Positions 1-8,121 of a stretch of 64,000 nt of DNA are shown here, piece after piece. Numbering within the stretch: position 1 is the first letter of the stretch; the number at the start of each line of letters is the position of its first letter. The translations under genes were made by a program, and so were the position numbers. The notes below the pieces were generated by a model that ran no database searches, was not told where the DNA came from, and saw only the letters and a program-made list of their open reading frames with translations. The DNA is taken from assembly GCA_002269645.1 (NCBI GenBank), contig NIVC01000059.1:1-64000 (forward strand), written 5' to 3'. The stretch is from Macrostomum lignano. Taxonomy: Eukaryota.

Positions 1-474
1 ATTGACACAGAGTTTGTTAGACAAGTTCACACACGCGTGTGCAGAGGACTGCTCCCGAATGCAGGATCGTATAGAATTAAGCACGCCAAGCCAGCAGGCG
101 CGAGTATGTATTACAGTGCCCCAGAAAATATTGAACGGCAGCTGGTAAAATTAACTAGAGACATAAAAGAGCCACAAATCTTGCGTGATGCAGTAGTGAC
201 AGGAGCATATTTCCTAGAAAAGTTTCTCACCATACACCCCTTTAGCGACGGCAATGGTAGAACTGCTAGGTTGTTATTATCAAAGTTGATCAACCGGATT
301 CTGCCAGAACCCGTATCATTTGCGTATGCAAATAGAGACACATATCTCAACTGTCTTTACGAAGCGCGCAGCAGCAACCGGGGGCTCCTAGCGGCGTATT
401 TACTTTTATCAATTGAGAGAACCGTTCTACAGTGGAGGGAATGGTTGGAAATCTGTTCAGACGGCAGCCTATAA
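1..474 (+). CDS. Fic/Doc-domain protein (AMPylase), 5' end outside the window
   Basis: Frame is open from base 1 (IDTEFVRQVHTRVCRGLLPNAGSYR). Canonical Fic motif HPFSDGNGRTAR; stop TAA at 472-474. Confidence 0.9.
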   Translation: MDTEFVRQVHTRVCRGLLPNAGSYRIKHAKPAGASMYYSAPENIERQLVKLTRDIKEPQILRDAVVTGAYFLEKFLTIHPFSDGNGRTARLLLSKLINRILPEPVSFAYANRDTYLNCLYEARSSNRGLLAAYLLLSIERTVLQWREWLEICSDGSL

Positions 475-479
475 ATAAA
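470..479 (+). promoter_or_regulatory. TATAAATAAA: TATA box plus polyA signal at the Fic stop
   Basis: Overlaps the Fic stop codon; 39 nt before ATG 509. Confidence 0.6.
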
Positions 480-508
480 TAAAATTGGTATTTCTCAACA
501 ATATCGAA

Positions 509-861
509 ATGTACTGGCAATCGGAAATAGTGTACACCCACGTTGACAACGCAGTGCTGGAAGTGGGATATTGGGACCCAAACAAGCCGCGTTTCCGCAT
601 CCACTGTCAAAACTGTAGCTGTCCAGGAGCCGTGTTTAGTCGAGCACAATGGCATCGAATGAAATTTCTGGCACTAGCTGCACAGATTACGATCTCGGAG
701 GCGGCGCATCTATCAAAGTTATCGACGGGAAGCGCCTGTACGTAAAAGGAGACTGCGAATTTCACCTGTCAGACAAAATACTTTGTGCAGTTGAAAAGAA
801 TAGAGTCGACAATTTCTTCCACTATTTCTTTCTCGACGAATCTGACGAGTCAGAGGAATGA
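509..861 (+). CDS. PC4-like ssDNA-binding/coactivator protein, split by a 1-nt frameshift near 662-667
   Basis: ATG 509 lies 39 nt after a TATA motif. PGAVFSRAQWHRMK resembles the PC4 KGISL..EQW..LK motif. The -1 frame continues YDLGGGASIKVIDGKRLYV and ends in an acidic tail. Confidence 0.5.
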
Positions 862-1358
862 GCTGGATTTCTCGAGACTACCCGCTTTTATCGAGCAAAG
901 AAAGGGCAGAGTACGAGACCCTGAAAAAGTCCACAGACTGGTTATGCATTTGTCACGGCAAACCAATTCCCGAACGATTAGTCACCTTTAATGTCGAGGT
1001 AGACGAAATTGGGCAAGGGCCTTACAGCACCCAAGAATATACAGATGCCCGAATTGACTACTACTTTAGAGACAAGATGCATTTCAAAGCCAATCTTCAA
1101 AGAATGGAGCAGATAATTGCCCCAATATTACAAGAGGATCATCGTGAGAAAATACGGTACCGGAATCACCAGCCGATTGCTCCCTCGTGGACGGAACACC
1201 AAAGGATTTGGCGACCTAAACACAGTAGACCAGTGCTAGCGAAGTTGACTATCAACCCTCACTGCAGCTGCATTACGACACGCCTCAAACCCTCGACCAG
1301 AAGATCGAAACAAAAGGTTTATTTTTTCCGGATTTCCAACACCGGAAAGTGTCGTTAA
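858..1358 (+). CDS. Hypothetical Polinton protein (166 aa)
   Basis: ATG overlaps the upstream stop (ATGA). Fills the gap between element genes; no family recognised. Confidence 0.6.
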   Translation: MSWISRDYPLLSSKERAEYETLKKSTDWLCICHGKPIPERLVTFNVEVDEIGQGPYSTQEYTDARIDYYFRDKMHFKANLQRMEQIIAPILQEDHREKIRYRNHQPIAPSWTEHQRIWRPKHSRPVLAKLTINPHCSCITTRLKPSTRRSKQKVYFFRISNTGKCR

Positions 1359-1408
1359 AGAAGGACTATAACAAAAACGCCCAGCCACCCCACCCTCCGC
1401 GCCAAGGG

Positions 1409-1416
1409 TATATAAG
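1409..1416 (+). promoter_or_regulatory. TATA box (TATATAAG) of the SSB-like gene
   Basis: GC-flanked; 51 nt before ATG 1460. Confidence 0.65.
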
Positions 1417-1459
1417 GAGGCGCTCAGGAGCGAGACCCACTCTCAGCAGCAGCAGCAAC

Positions 1460-2140
1460 ATGGATACCGTTCAAGACTACAATAGTGTTAGGATCGACCT
1501 ATTCTCTCTCAAGTCGAGAGGTCCAAGCTACAACGGAACCGAGACGTACGACATTGAGTACGACGAACAGGGCCCTCTCTATCTTGCCAATGCGACGCCC
1601 GTACTGATTGTCAAGGGTGTGAGAACCGACAATGAAGGCCGCGAATTCATCATTCTTTCCCAAAAGCACTTGGAGAGCTGCATACCAGAAGCGTTCAATT
1701 CCGTGTGTCACCAGCTCTCTATCCAAGGAATGGCGCTATTGGGGTACAACCCCACTTTTGGCTGCGACAGCGCTGCATTCGGATTGGCTCACGACTTTAA
1801 AATGTACGACAAGAGCGGCAAGTTGTGCACCGACTACAAGAACAAGACGGGCTACTATAGAGTACTGTTCGCCCTAGACACGGCGGTGATTCACGACTCG
1901 GTTCTAACCGCGGTGCCGAAAATTCAACAACTGCAATTCATAGAAGCTCCCAAGCAGGCGTTTGACCGCTGCTACTGGATTCCACCGTTAAAAATCAAGG
2001 TAGGACGCAAGCGCGGAGCTGGTGGAGCTGAGCGGAAACAAAAGCAACCGAAAAAACCGCTTGCAGAACGTCGTGTGCGTAAACAGGGTGTTTTGCGCAA
2101 GGTGGAACCACCTACCGAACTTGGACTGGGCGCGCGCTAG
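1460..2140 (+). CDS. Putative OB-fold ssDNA-binding protein with basic NLS-like tail
   Basis: Strong-context ATG (caacATGg) 51 nt after TATATAAG. C-terminal VPKIQQLQFIE strand resembles viral gp2.5-type SSBs; followed by GRKRGAGGAERKQKQPKK. The family call is by eye. Confidence 0.55.
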   Translation: MDTVQDYNSVRIDLFSLKSRGPSYNGTETYDIEYDEQGPLYLANATPVLIVKGVRTDNEGREFIILSQKHLESCIPEAFNSVCHQLSIQGMALLGYNPTFGCDSAAFGLAHDFKMYDKSGKLCTDYKNKTGYYRVLFALDTAVIHDSVLTAVPKIQQLQFIEAPKQAFDRCYWIPPLKIKVGRKRGAGGAERKQKQPKKPLAERRVRKQGVLRKVEPPTELGLGAR

Positions 2141-2540
2141 AACGTTTCATAGACCCCGGGCATTGTACAACCTGAGGATCGGAAAGTGTACAATAAACTT
2201 TTTCAAACGTTCATTATCTGCCATTGTTTTTGGTTGCCAATCAACCAACGATGTGCTGCGTCTTTTTGCTCAATGTAAACCAAACTCTGTTGTTATCACT
2301 ACCGGTACTTATCGTGCAGAAGTTAATGTTAAGCCAAACTTTTTCCGCCTTGCCAACTCGAGCTCGCGCTGGGTTGAGTGGGAGAGTGAGGTATTCAATG
2401 GGCTTGTAATAAAGTCCCCATTCCGCAAGGCCAAGTGCCTGCTGTGCGGAAAGAATGGTCGGTTAGTGTTCCTAGGAATACGAAACTATGACGAACTGTG
2501 TAAAATGTACGACCACGTGACTGCTATTCTGCAACTCTAA
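2022..2540 (+). CDS. Divergent TATA-binding protein (TBP)-like protein, no in-frame AUG
   Basis: Two TBP-like repeats: RLQNVVCVN (cf. QLQNIVST), EWESEVFNGLVIK (cf. SYEPELFPGLIYR), GRLVFLGIRNYDEL (cf. GKVVLTGAKVRAEI). The frame is open from 2004 with only CTG/GTG starts. Confidence 0.7.
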   Translation: MELSGNKSNRKNRLQNVVCVNRVFCARWNHLPNLDWARARTFHRPRALYNLRIGKCTINFFKRSLSAIVFGCQSTNDVLRLFAQCKPNSVVITTGTYRAEVNVKPNFFRLANSSSRWVEWESEVFNGLVIKSPFRKAKCLLCGKNGRLVFLGIRNYDELCKMYDHVTAILQL

Positions 2541-2552
2541 TTATGCTTTGCT

Positions 2553-2562
2553 TATAAATAAA
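2553..2562 (+). promoter_or_regulatory. TATAAATAAA: TATA box plus polyA signal
   Basis: 13 nt after the TBP-like stop; 53 nt before ATG 2606. Confidence 0.6.
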
Positions 2563-2605
2563 CAAAATATGCACATGTATGCACGCAATGCTTACCACCT
2601 TAATA

Positions 2606-2968
2606 ATGACAAACGGAATTTCTCGTCTTTGTTCTTGCCGTCGCGAGCTAGAGGAGCTCGGTGACGCGCGACCACATCGAAGGAGGGCCATTATTAGGGG
2701 AGCCGATAATGAGTTGATGCAGTGTCTGTGCGAGTTAAGCCACAATGTACTCAAGGGCAATATCGATCTATCCCCTAGACAGTTTGCAAGGTTGAAACGT
2801 TATAGAGAAGCCCTGCATGACATGGCCGACAAAAAACTGTCTATAAATAGGAAGAAGAATATGATACTATCGGACCCTCAAGTTGGAGGATTCCTACCAA
2901 TTCTCGCCAAGATTGCTGCACCGTTAATCACTGGACTGTTTGGTGGTCTGCTAGGACAACGACGTTGA
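2606..2968 (+). CDS. Polinton/adintovirus core protein with adenovirus pX-like C-terminus
   Basis: LCELSHNVLKGNIDLS...QVGGFLPILAKIAAPLITGLFGG. The GG/FLP plus hydrophobic tail resembles adenovirus pX. In-frame ATGs at 2579, 2588 and 2606. Confidence 0.75.
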   Translation: MTNGISRLCSCRRELEELGDARPHRRRAIIRGADNELMQCLCELSHNVLKGNIDLSPRQFARLKRYREALHDMADKKLSINRKKNMILSDPQVGGFLPILAKIAAPLITGLFGGLLGQRR

Positions 2969-2970
2969 AA

Positions 2971-3534
2971 ATGGACAAGTACGTTGTGGTCCCCGAGGAG
3001 GAATTCAATCAGCTTAGACAGGGTACTCCGCGAGAAATTGCCCCAAAATCGGAGTACGAAAAACTTGTAGAGTACAATGCAAAGCTACAGACCCAATTGG
3101 CTAAAGTAAAACCCCAAAAGACGACAAAGCAGCTATTTTCTGATAGGCAACAACGTATATGGAATATACTAACAGAAAAGCACCCCAGCCTAAATTACAA
3201 CCAATCGTGGGAAGTCGTTTTTGATGGTGAAACTTGGGGTGGCAGCAACGTTTTTGATCTTCTACAAGCCGTCACCACCAACACTAATAATCACCCGAAA
3301 TATTCAACCGCTTTCTGGGCTCTGCTAGACAAGGCCCGTATACCAATGTCTATGCTCGGTCGGAAACAGCTCCCTGTGGAGGAAAAGAAGGTTGACCATA
3401 TGGTTGGTACCGACGATTACCGCGATGAATATGAGCACACAATTGCGACAGACACCCGCGATTTAACGACCACGCGCAACAAAGGTGTAAATGCTATGCC
3501 CAAACTTGTCGATCGAAGGTACCGGGGTGGGTAA
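2971..3534 (+). CDS. Conserved Polinton protein of unknown function upstream of the integrase
   Basis: GGSNVFDLL...FWALLDKARIPMSMLG pattern, typical of the Maverick gene in this position. A possible +1-frame C-terminus (GVGKYHDYQLRPPEKKKKYVTLYK) runs to 3598. Confidence 0.7.
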   Translation: MDKYVVVPEEEFNQLRQGTPREIAPKSEYEKLVEYNAKLQTQLAKVKPQKTTKQLFSDRQQRIWNILTEKHPSLNYNQSWEVVFDGETWGGSNVFDLLQAVTTNTNNHPKYSTAFWALLDKARIPMSMLGRKQLPVEEKKVDHMVGTDDYRDEYEHTIATDTRDLTTTRNKGVNAMPKLVDRRYRGG

Positions 3535-3589
3535 ATATCACGATTACCAACTAAGACCACCCGAGAAAAAGAAAAAATACGTGACTCTT

Positions 3590-3597
3590 TATAAATA
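3590..3597 (+). promoter_or_regulatory. TATA box upstream of the integrase region
   Basis: TATAAATA 45 nt before ATG 3635. Confidence 0.55.
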
Positions 3598-3710
3598 GAA
3601 CCCTAGTCCAAACATAACCGCGCGCCCGGCGGTCATGGGCGCAGCAGCAGCCGCGTCAAAGCTTTGTGTAGACAACTCCCCAGCCGACATTACGTGCAAC
3701 TATTCATGCT

Positions 3711-4810
3711 GTGCATCCACACTTGTTGTCAATGAGGGCTCTAACCGCTCTTCGTCGAGTTTACGAACAAGGAGCCGCCGCTTTTTCAAATGCTGCCCGT
3801 GTCTATCAGGAGGCCAAACGTCTGGCGCCAAACCTGACAAGACGCCAAACCAGGGAATGGCTAGAAACCCAACCGAGTTACACCCGTCACCGGAGAGTCA
3901 ACAGGACATTTAAAACGGGAAAAGTAATGTCGGGAGGATTCATGGAAACTCTACAAGCCGATTTGATGGACATGTCGCGATACAAACGTTGGAATGACGG
4001 ACATAAATATATACTAGTTATTATTGATGTGCTTAGTAAGCAGGCTTTTTGTAGGGCAATTAAACTAAAGAGTGATACCCCCGCAGCGTTTGAGTCAATG
4101 TTGGCGAATGATTTCCCTGCCCGCCCCCTTTACCTTCACGTGGATCGGGGTACCGAGTTTTATAATCAGCGAATGCGCCGCATACTAAAAGACAATAATG
4201 TTAAAATGTACAGCACCAACTCTGTGTACAAGGCAAACATGGCCGAGAGGCTGATTAGAACTCTTCGAAAGCGTCTGGCTCGCTACTTTGAGCACAACAA
4301 CACGTGGCGTTGGGTTGACTACTTACCTAATTTGATAGGCAATTACAACAACACGACGCATTCTACTATTGAGATGAAACCGTCAAGTGTAGGGTTCCAC
4401 AATCAGAAGCGTGTGTGGGAAAAGCTCTACCCGGATCAGCAAAAAGACGACCCGTATATAAAAAGGGGGATTTTGTGAGAATTTCGAAATCTCGCAGGGC
4501 ATTCGACAAGGAGGCATACGACATGTATAGTGAGGAGGTGTACATTATATCCAAAGTTTGCCCTGGACCCCCACATTTTTATCGTATTTCTGATTTGTCT
4601 GGTGAAGTGATTGAGGGACGGTTTTACTACAATGAACTGTCCAAATCTACCCGACCCGAGCGTTTTGTAATCAATAAAGTTTTGCGTAGAAACGTGTTAA
4701 TAAATGGTGTTGCGCACCATTACGTTAGCTGGCGCGGTTATCCCGACACTTTTAATTCATTTGTACCTGTAAATGAAGTTATAAATATACGTCAACGTAA
4801 TAATAACTAA
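3711..4810 (+). CDS. Retroviral-like (rve, DDE) integrase with C-terminal chromodomain; 1-nt frameshift at A5 run 4441-4445
   Basis: QADL / HVDRGTEF / AERLIRTL catalytic triad. The second frame gives KKGDFVRISK and the chromodomain YVSWRGYPDTFNSF. Adding one A joins them as DQQKRRPVYKKGD. Confidence 0.93.
4780..4787 (+). promoter_or_regulatory. TATA box of the minor capsid gene (inside the integrase 3' end)
   Basis: TATAAATA 43 nt before ATG 4823. Confidence 0.55.
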
Positions 4811-4822
4811 TGCGTGGCTACC

Positions 4823-5953
4823 ATGCATCTCTTTCTGCCTAGCAATGCGTGCCCCGAGCACTATCCCGAAAATAATCCGGCTCATTATTTTATTAATTTA
4901 CCGGACACTCTCCACTTTCCGAATCATGAGGTTTGCCTCGAACGGATCTACTTTACCAAAGAATTTGAATCTTTCAAAAAATCTATACCGATCACCATTC
5001 GCGAACAGGAGGGCCTCTTGACGGCTTCGTCGTTTGCAAGCCTTTGTCTCGCAGCGGGTCTGAAAACCCCTGAAGAATGTATTTCCGGCTTTCTAAACGG
5101 TATCCGATACGTTGAAGGGGATAATAAGAAAATTGTCTTTTTAAGAACATCCCCAACCGCCTTTATGATTGTGAATACTTCAAAATCCACCGTCGGCATC
5201 AAATTCCCGGATGCCCTACCCAAGGTGTTTAAACTAGTCGCCGGCTTCGAGTCTAATGAGGATCTACCTACTGAACTCGTATTACACGCGGGGTGTGCAG
5301 CCTCCATCACCGCAGTTGTTGAGGAACCGACTGTACAGTCAATGGACCACGCTCCAATAATAAGACAAGTTACTAGCGCAGCGTCTGATCAAATCTATTT
5401 TATGCAGGGTGGATACTATAGTACACCTAAAAGATTGGTGGAGGAACTCAACGATTTAATTTGGAAACGGATCAAAGATCTCATAGCGGCTCCAGCACCT
5501 AGAAAGGACTTTTTCGGATACAGCGAAGTTACGAATAGGTGTTATTACATCGGCTCGGTGGATTACATGTTTGGGTTGGGGCGCTTGACCAGCGTGCTTG
5601 GTTTCCCAGAGCATGATTATACAACCCCATTTTTCGGTATATCGGATTTCTACGCAAACGCATCAATGGAATTAACCGGTGGAATACAAACAATGTACAT
5701 CTATTCGAGCATAGTCGATTCTGTTATTGTAGGAGACGTTAAAGTTCCTCTGTTGGGAGCTATACCGATGGATCCCAAAGTTCAGGGCGGTCGCGAGTAC
5801 TACGAGTTTGTCAATCCGGCATATCTACCGCTGGTTAAGCACCCATTCAAAACTATTGAAGTACAAATTAACGATGATATGGGCAGGGATATGACAAAAG
5901 TAATGAGGGGCAAGACCGTCTTGAGCGTTAACATCCGCGAAAAGAAGCTATAA
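4823..5953 (+). CDS. Minor capsid protein (penton, single jelly-roll)
   Basis: N-terminal LFLPSN..YPEN.P..Y...LP and C-terminal MYIYSSIVDSVIVGDVKVPLL...Y.P...F.TIEV.I.D..G motifs of Polinton minor capsid proteins; ATG in accATG context. Confidence 0.9.
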   Translation: MHLFLPSNACPEHYPENNPAHYFINLPDTLHFPNHEVCLERIYFTKEFESFKKSIPITIREQEGLLTASSFASLCLAAGLKTPEECISGFLNGIRYVEGDNKKIVFLRTSPTAFMIVNTSKSTVGIKFPDALPKVFKLVAGFESNEDLPTELVLHAGCAASITAVVEEPTVQSMDHAPIIRQVTSAASDQIYFMQGGYYSTPKRLVEELNDLIWKRIKDLIAAPAPRKDFFGYSEVTNRCYYIGSVDYMFGLGRLTSVLGFPEHDYTTPFFGISDFYANASMELTGGIQTMYIYSSIVDSVIVGDVKVPLLGAIPMDPKVQGGREYYEFVNPAYLPLVKHPFKTIEVQINDDMGRDMTKVMRGKTVLSVNIREKKL

Positions 5954-5958
5954 ATAAA
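5949..5958 (+). promoter_or_regulatory. TATAAATAAA at the minor capsid stop
   Basis: Overlaps TAA 5951-5953; 48 nt before ATG 5997. Confidence 0.6.
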
Positions 5959-5996
5959 CAGCACAGCCTCAGTAAACTATATCCTAGTGCTTAATC

Positions 5997-6341
5997 ATGC
6001 CTTCTATTCTGATTGGTGGAGCTTTGCCTGTTTTCGCGGGCGCCCAGAGGGGCAACGGTTTGTTTGGAAGCATTGCCCGCTTCGCGCTGCCAATTCTAAA
6101 GAGTTTTGGTAAAAACGTTCTCCGTCATGGTACTAGAGCCCTAGCAACTACTGTTAACGATAGCCTCGAGCAAGGAGGCAATTTGAAGGAGTCTGTCCTG
6201 CGCAATTCTGTTCAGGCTGCCAAGGACGCCTTTAAAGACACGGTTACCCAAAGGGGTAGCGGACGAAGAAGAAAAAAGGCTCCGAAGCGTCTCAATTCAG
6301 ACATTTTCAGCACTATAAATAAAAAGCCCCGCTTCAATTAG
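5997..6341 (+). CDS. Small basic Polinton virion protein with QxGxG motifs and amphipathic helix
   Basis: QRGNGLFGSIARFALPILKSFGK...QRGSGRRRKK; lies between the minor and major capsid genes. Confidence 0.8.
   Translation: MPSILIGGALPVFAGAQRGNGLFGSIARFALPILKSFGKNVLRHGTRALATTVNDSLEQGGNLKESVLRNSVQAAKDAFKDTVTQRGSGRRRKKAPKRLNSDIFSTINKKPRFN
6314..6323 (+). promoter_or_regulatory. TATAAATAAA upstream of the MCP
   Basis: 57 nt before ATG 6371. Confidence 0.6.
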
Positions 6342-6370
6342 ATTCGCCGAATCGAGTCTGTCTACTAAAC

Positions 6371-7654
6371 ATGTCCGAGTGTCTGTGTACAAAGTCCGAG
6401 TTTGAGCTCTTTGCCCCTCGAGCCCACCAGATTGCCGCTGTAGGTTCAACTACTGAAGAAATCCACCCGGTTGCCAGCGTCGAAAATGCGAGTGTGGTTG
6501 AGTTTAGAATTGTGGGCGGCGAGACGTTTGTCGATCTTAATGACATTGATCTCGAGATTAAAGGTTGTATTAAAAGAGCTAATGGAGCCGATTTGGCGGC
6601 GGATTCAAACGTGGCGCCAATCAATTACCTCTTGGAGACCATGTTCAAAAACGTGTCTCTTTCCATAAATGGTACACATATCGAGTCTAGCAACAACAAC
6701 CACGCCTACAAGGCGTACATTCGTACATGCTTGAGTTATGGGTCTGATTCAAAGTCTAACCAACTGCGGATGATGGGCTACGCTAAAGACGCTGGGGGTC
6801 AAATGGCTGCGGTTGGAAATCCTGGCTTTGTAACTCGCAAGGCGATGGCTGCCGGTTCTCGAACATTTCACCTGTATGGCCCTCTTAGTCTCGACTTTTT
6901 TGTCACCAACGATCGTATGCTGCTACCCTACACTGATATGGTGGTTACGCTCACTCTGCAAAATTCGGGATTCGTTGTAGAGAATCACGCCGAAGGGGTT
7001 GATGCAAAGTTGGTTCTTCAAAGTGCAAAATTACACGTTCGTCGGGTAAAGGCTAACCCCCAACTGGCCTTGGAGATTGAAGAACAGCTGGCGACTCAGA
7101 ATGCAGTCTACCCCATCGAGCGCCTCGTTGTACACAACACCTCTGTCGCTGTAGGAGTTCGCGACGTGTCAATCAATAATATTTTCCCGGAGCAGAAGCC
7201 TAAACTTGTCATTATGGGGATGGTAAATAGTGCCGCATATAACGGGGTGGCTACCCATAATCCGTTCAATTTCGAGCCATTTGGGGCTGACAGTGTGGCC
7301 CTGTACAAGGACGGTGTCAGTCTGTGCGGTCAACCATTCACTCCAAGGTTCGCTGCCCAAAACTATGCTCGCGAATACGCCATGCTGTTTAAGAGCCTAG
7401 GGAAAATGAATCGCGATTTGGACATTGACCTGTCATATTCGGATTATCGCGCCGGTTACTGCTTATTTGCGTGGAATCTAATGCCCGATATGGAACTGGG
7501 TGGACATAGCATGCCTCGCGAGAGAGGGAATCTGACCCTACAGATAAAGTTTTCTGCAGCCCTACCTGCCGGGATTAACGTTTTGGTGTTTGGTTACTTT
7601 GACAACGCGGTGCAAATCACTAGAGGCCGCCAGCCCATTCTGGACTACGTATGA
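6371..7654 (+). CDS. Major capsid protein (double jelly-roll)
   Basis: Intact 427-aa ORF with CTKSEFELF, VEFRI, FVDL, F.NV.L.ING, AYKAYI..LSY, NPFNFE and GNL.L.IKF motifs typical of the Polinton MCP. Confidence 0.93.
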   Translation: MSECLCTKSEFELFAPRAHQIAAVGSTTEEIHPVASVENASVVEFRIVGGETFVDLNDIDLEIKGCIKRANGADLAADSNVAPINYLLETMFKNVSLSINGTHIESSNNNHAYKAYIRTCLSYGSDSKSNQLRMMGYAKDAGGQMAAVGNPGFVTRKAMAAGSRTFHLYGPLSLDFFVTNDRMLLPYTDMVVTLTLQNSGFVVENHAEGVDAKLVLQSAKLHVRRVKANPQLALEIEEQLATQNAVYPIERLVVHNTSVAVGVRDVSINNIFPEQKPKLVIMGMVNSAAYNGVATHNPFNFEPFGADSVALYKDGVSLCGQPFTPRFAAQNYAREYAMLFKSLGKMNRDLDIDLSYSDYRAGYCLFAWNLMPDMELGGHSMPRERGNLTLQIKFSAALPAGINVLVFGYFDNAVQITRGRQPILDYV

Positions 7655-8087
7655 ACACGTTGGAAATTTTGGAGTGTTTAAAACTACCTGTGGAAGTGCA
7701 CGTTTGCCCTCTCGACAGAATTCCTGCACCTGTTTACCCTGCTGCATATGTAATTAATTTTGACACGGGTAATCTGCCAGGCACCCACTGGGGACTGATT
7801 TGCCTACACGATGATAAGAGTGTGACATTTTTTGACCCTCTGTGTATTGAACCCGTGCCGGAATTGCTCTCGGCTTGGATCTCGAAGCATGTACATTCAC
7901 CTGTTGCTATGAATCGCCACCCTGTTCAACACCCTCTAAGTGTAGCGTGTGGGCCGCATGTGATTTTTGTGGCCGAAAAGCACTTTTTAGAGGGTTGTCG
8001 ATTGAAAAGATTTTAAGGGAATGTTACTCTACCAATCTGCTTGAAAATGATTTGATGGTTCGAAAACATGTTCTACAAATAAAATAG
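7651..8087 (+). CDS. Adenain-like cysteine maturation protease; 1-nt frameshift at T5 run 7984-7988
   Basis: GTHW (His), FFDP (Asp), Q..SVACG (Gln/Cys). The -1 frame supplies the C-terminus FRGLSIEKIL...NLLENDLMV. The ATG overlaps the MCP stop (ATGA). Confidence 0.9.
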
Positions 8088-8121
8088 TTTTTAATATTTG
8101 GAGTGTCAACTCGCCCTGAAA

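Noticed and set aside
7981-7992. HIV-like programmed -1 slippage at CAC TTT TTA in the protease, and at the integrase A-run
   Set aside because: Only five T or A bases, not a full X XXY YYZ heptamer; no clear downstream structure; a homopolymer indel is simpler.
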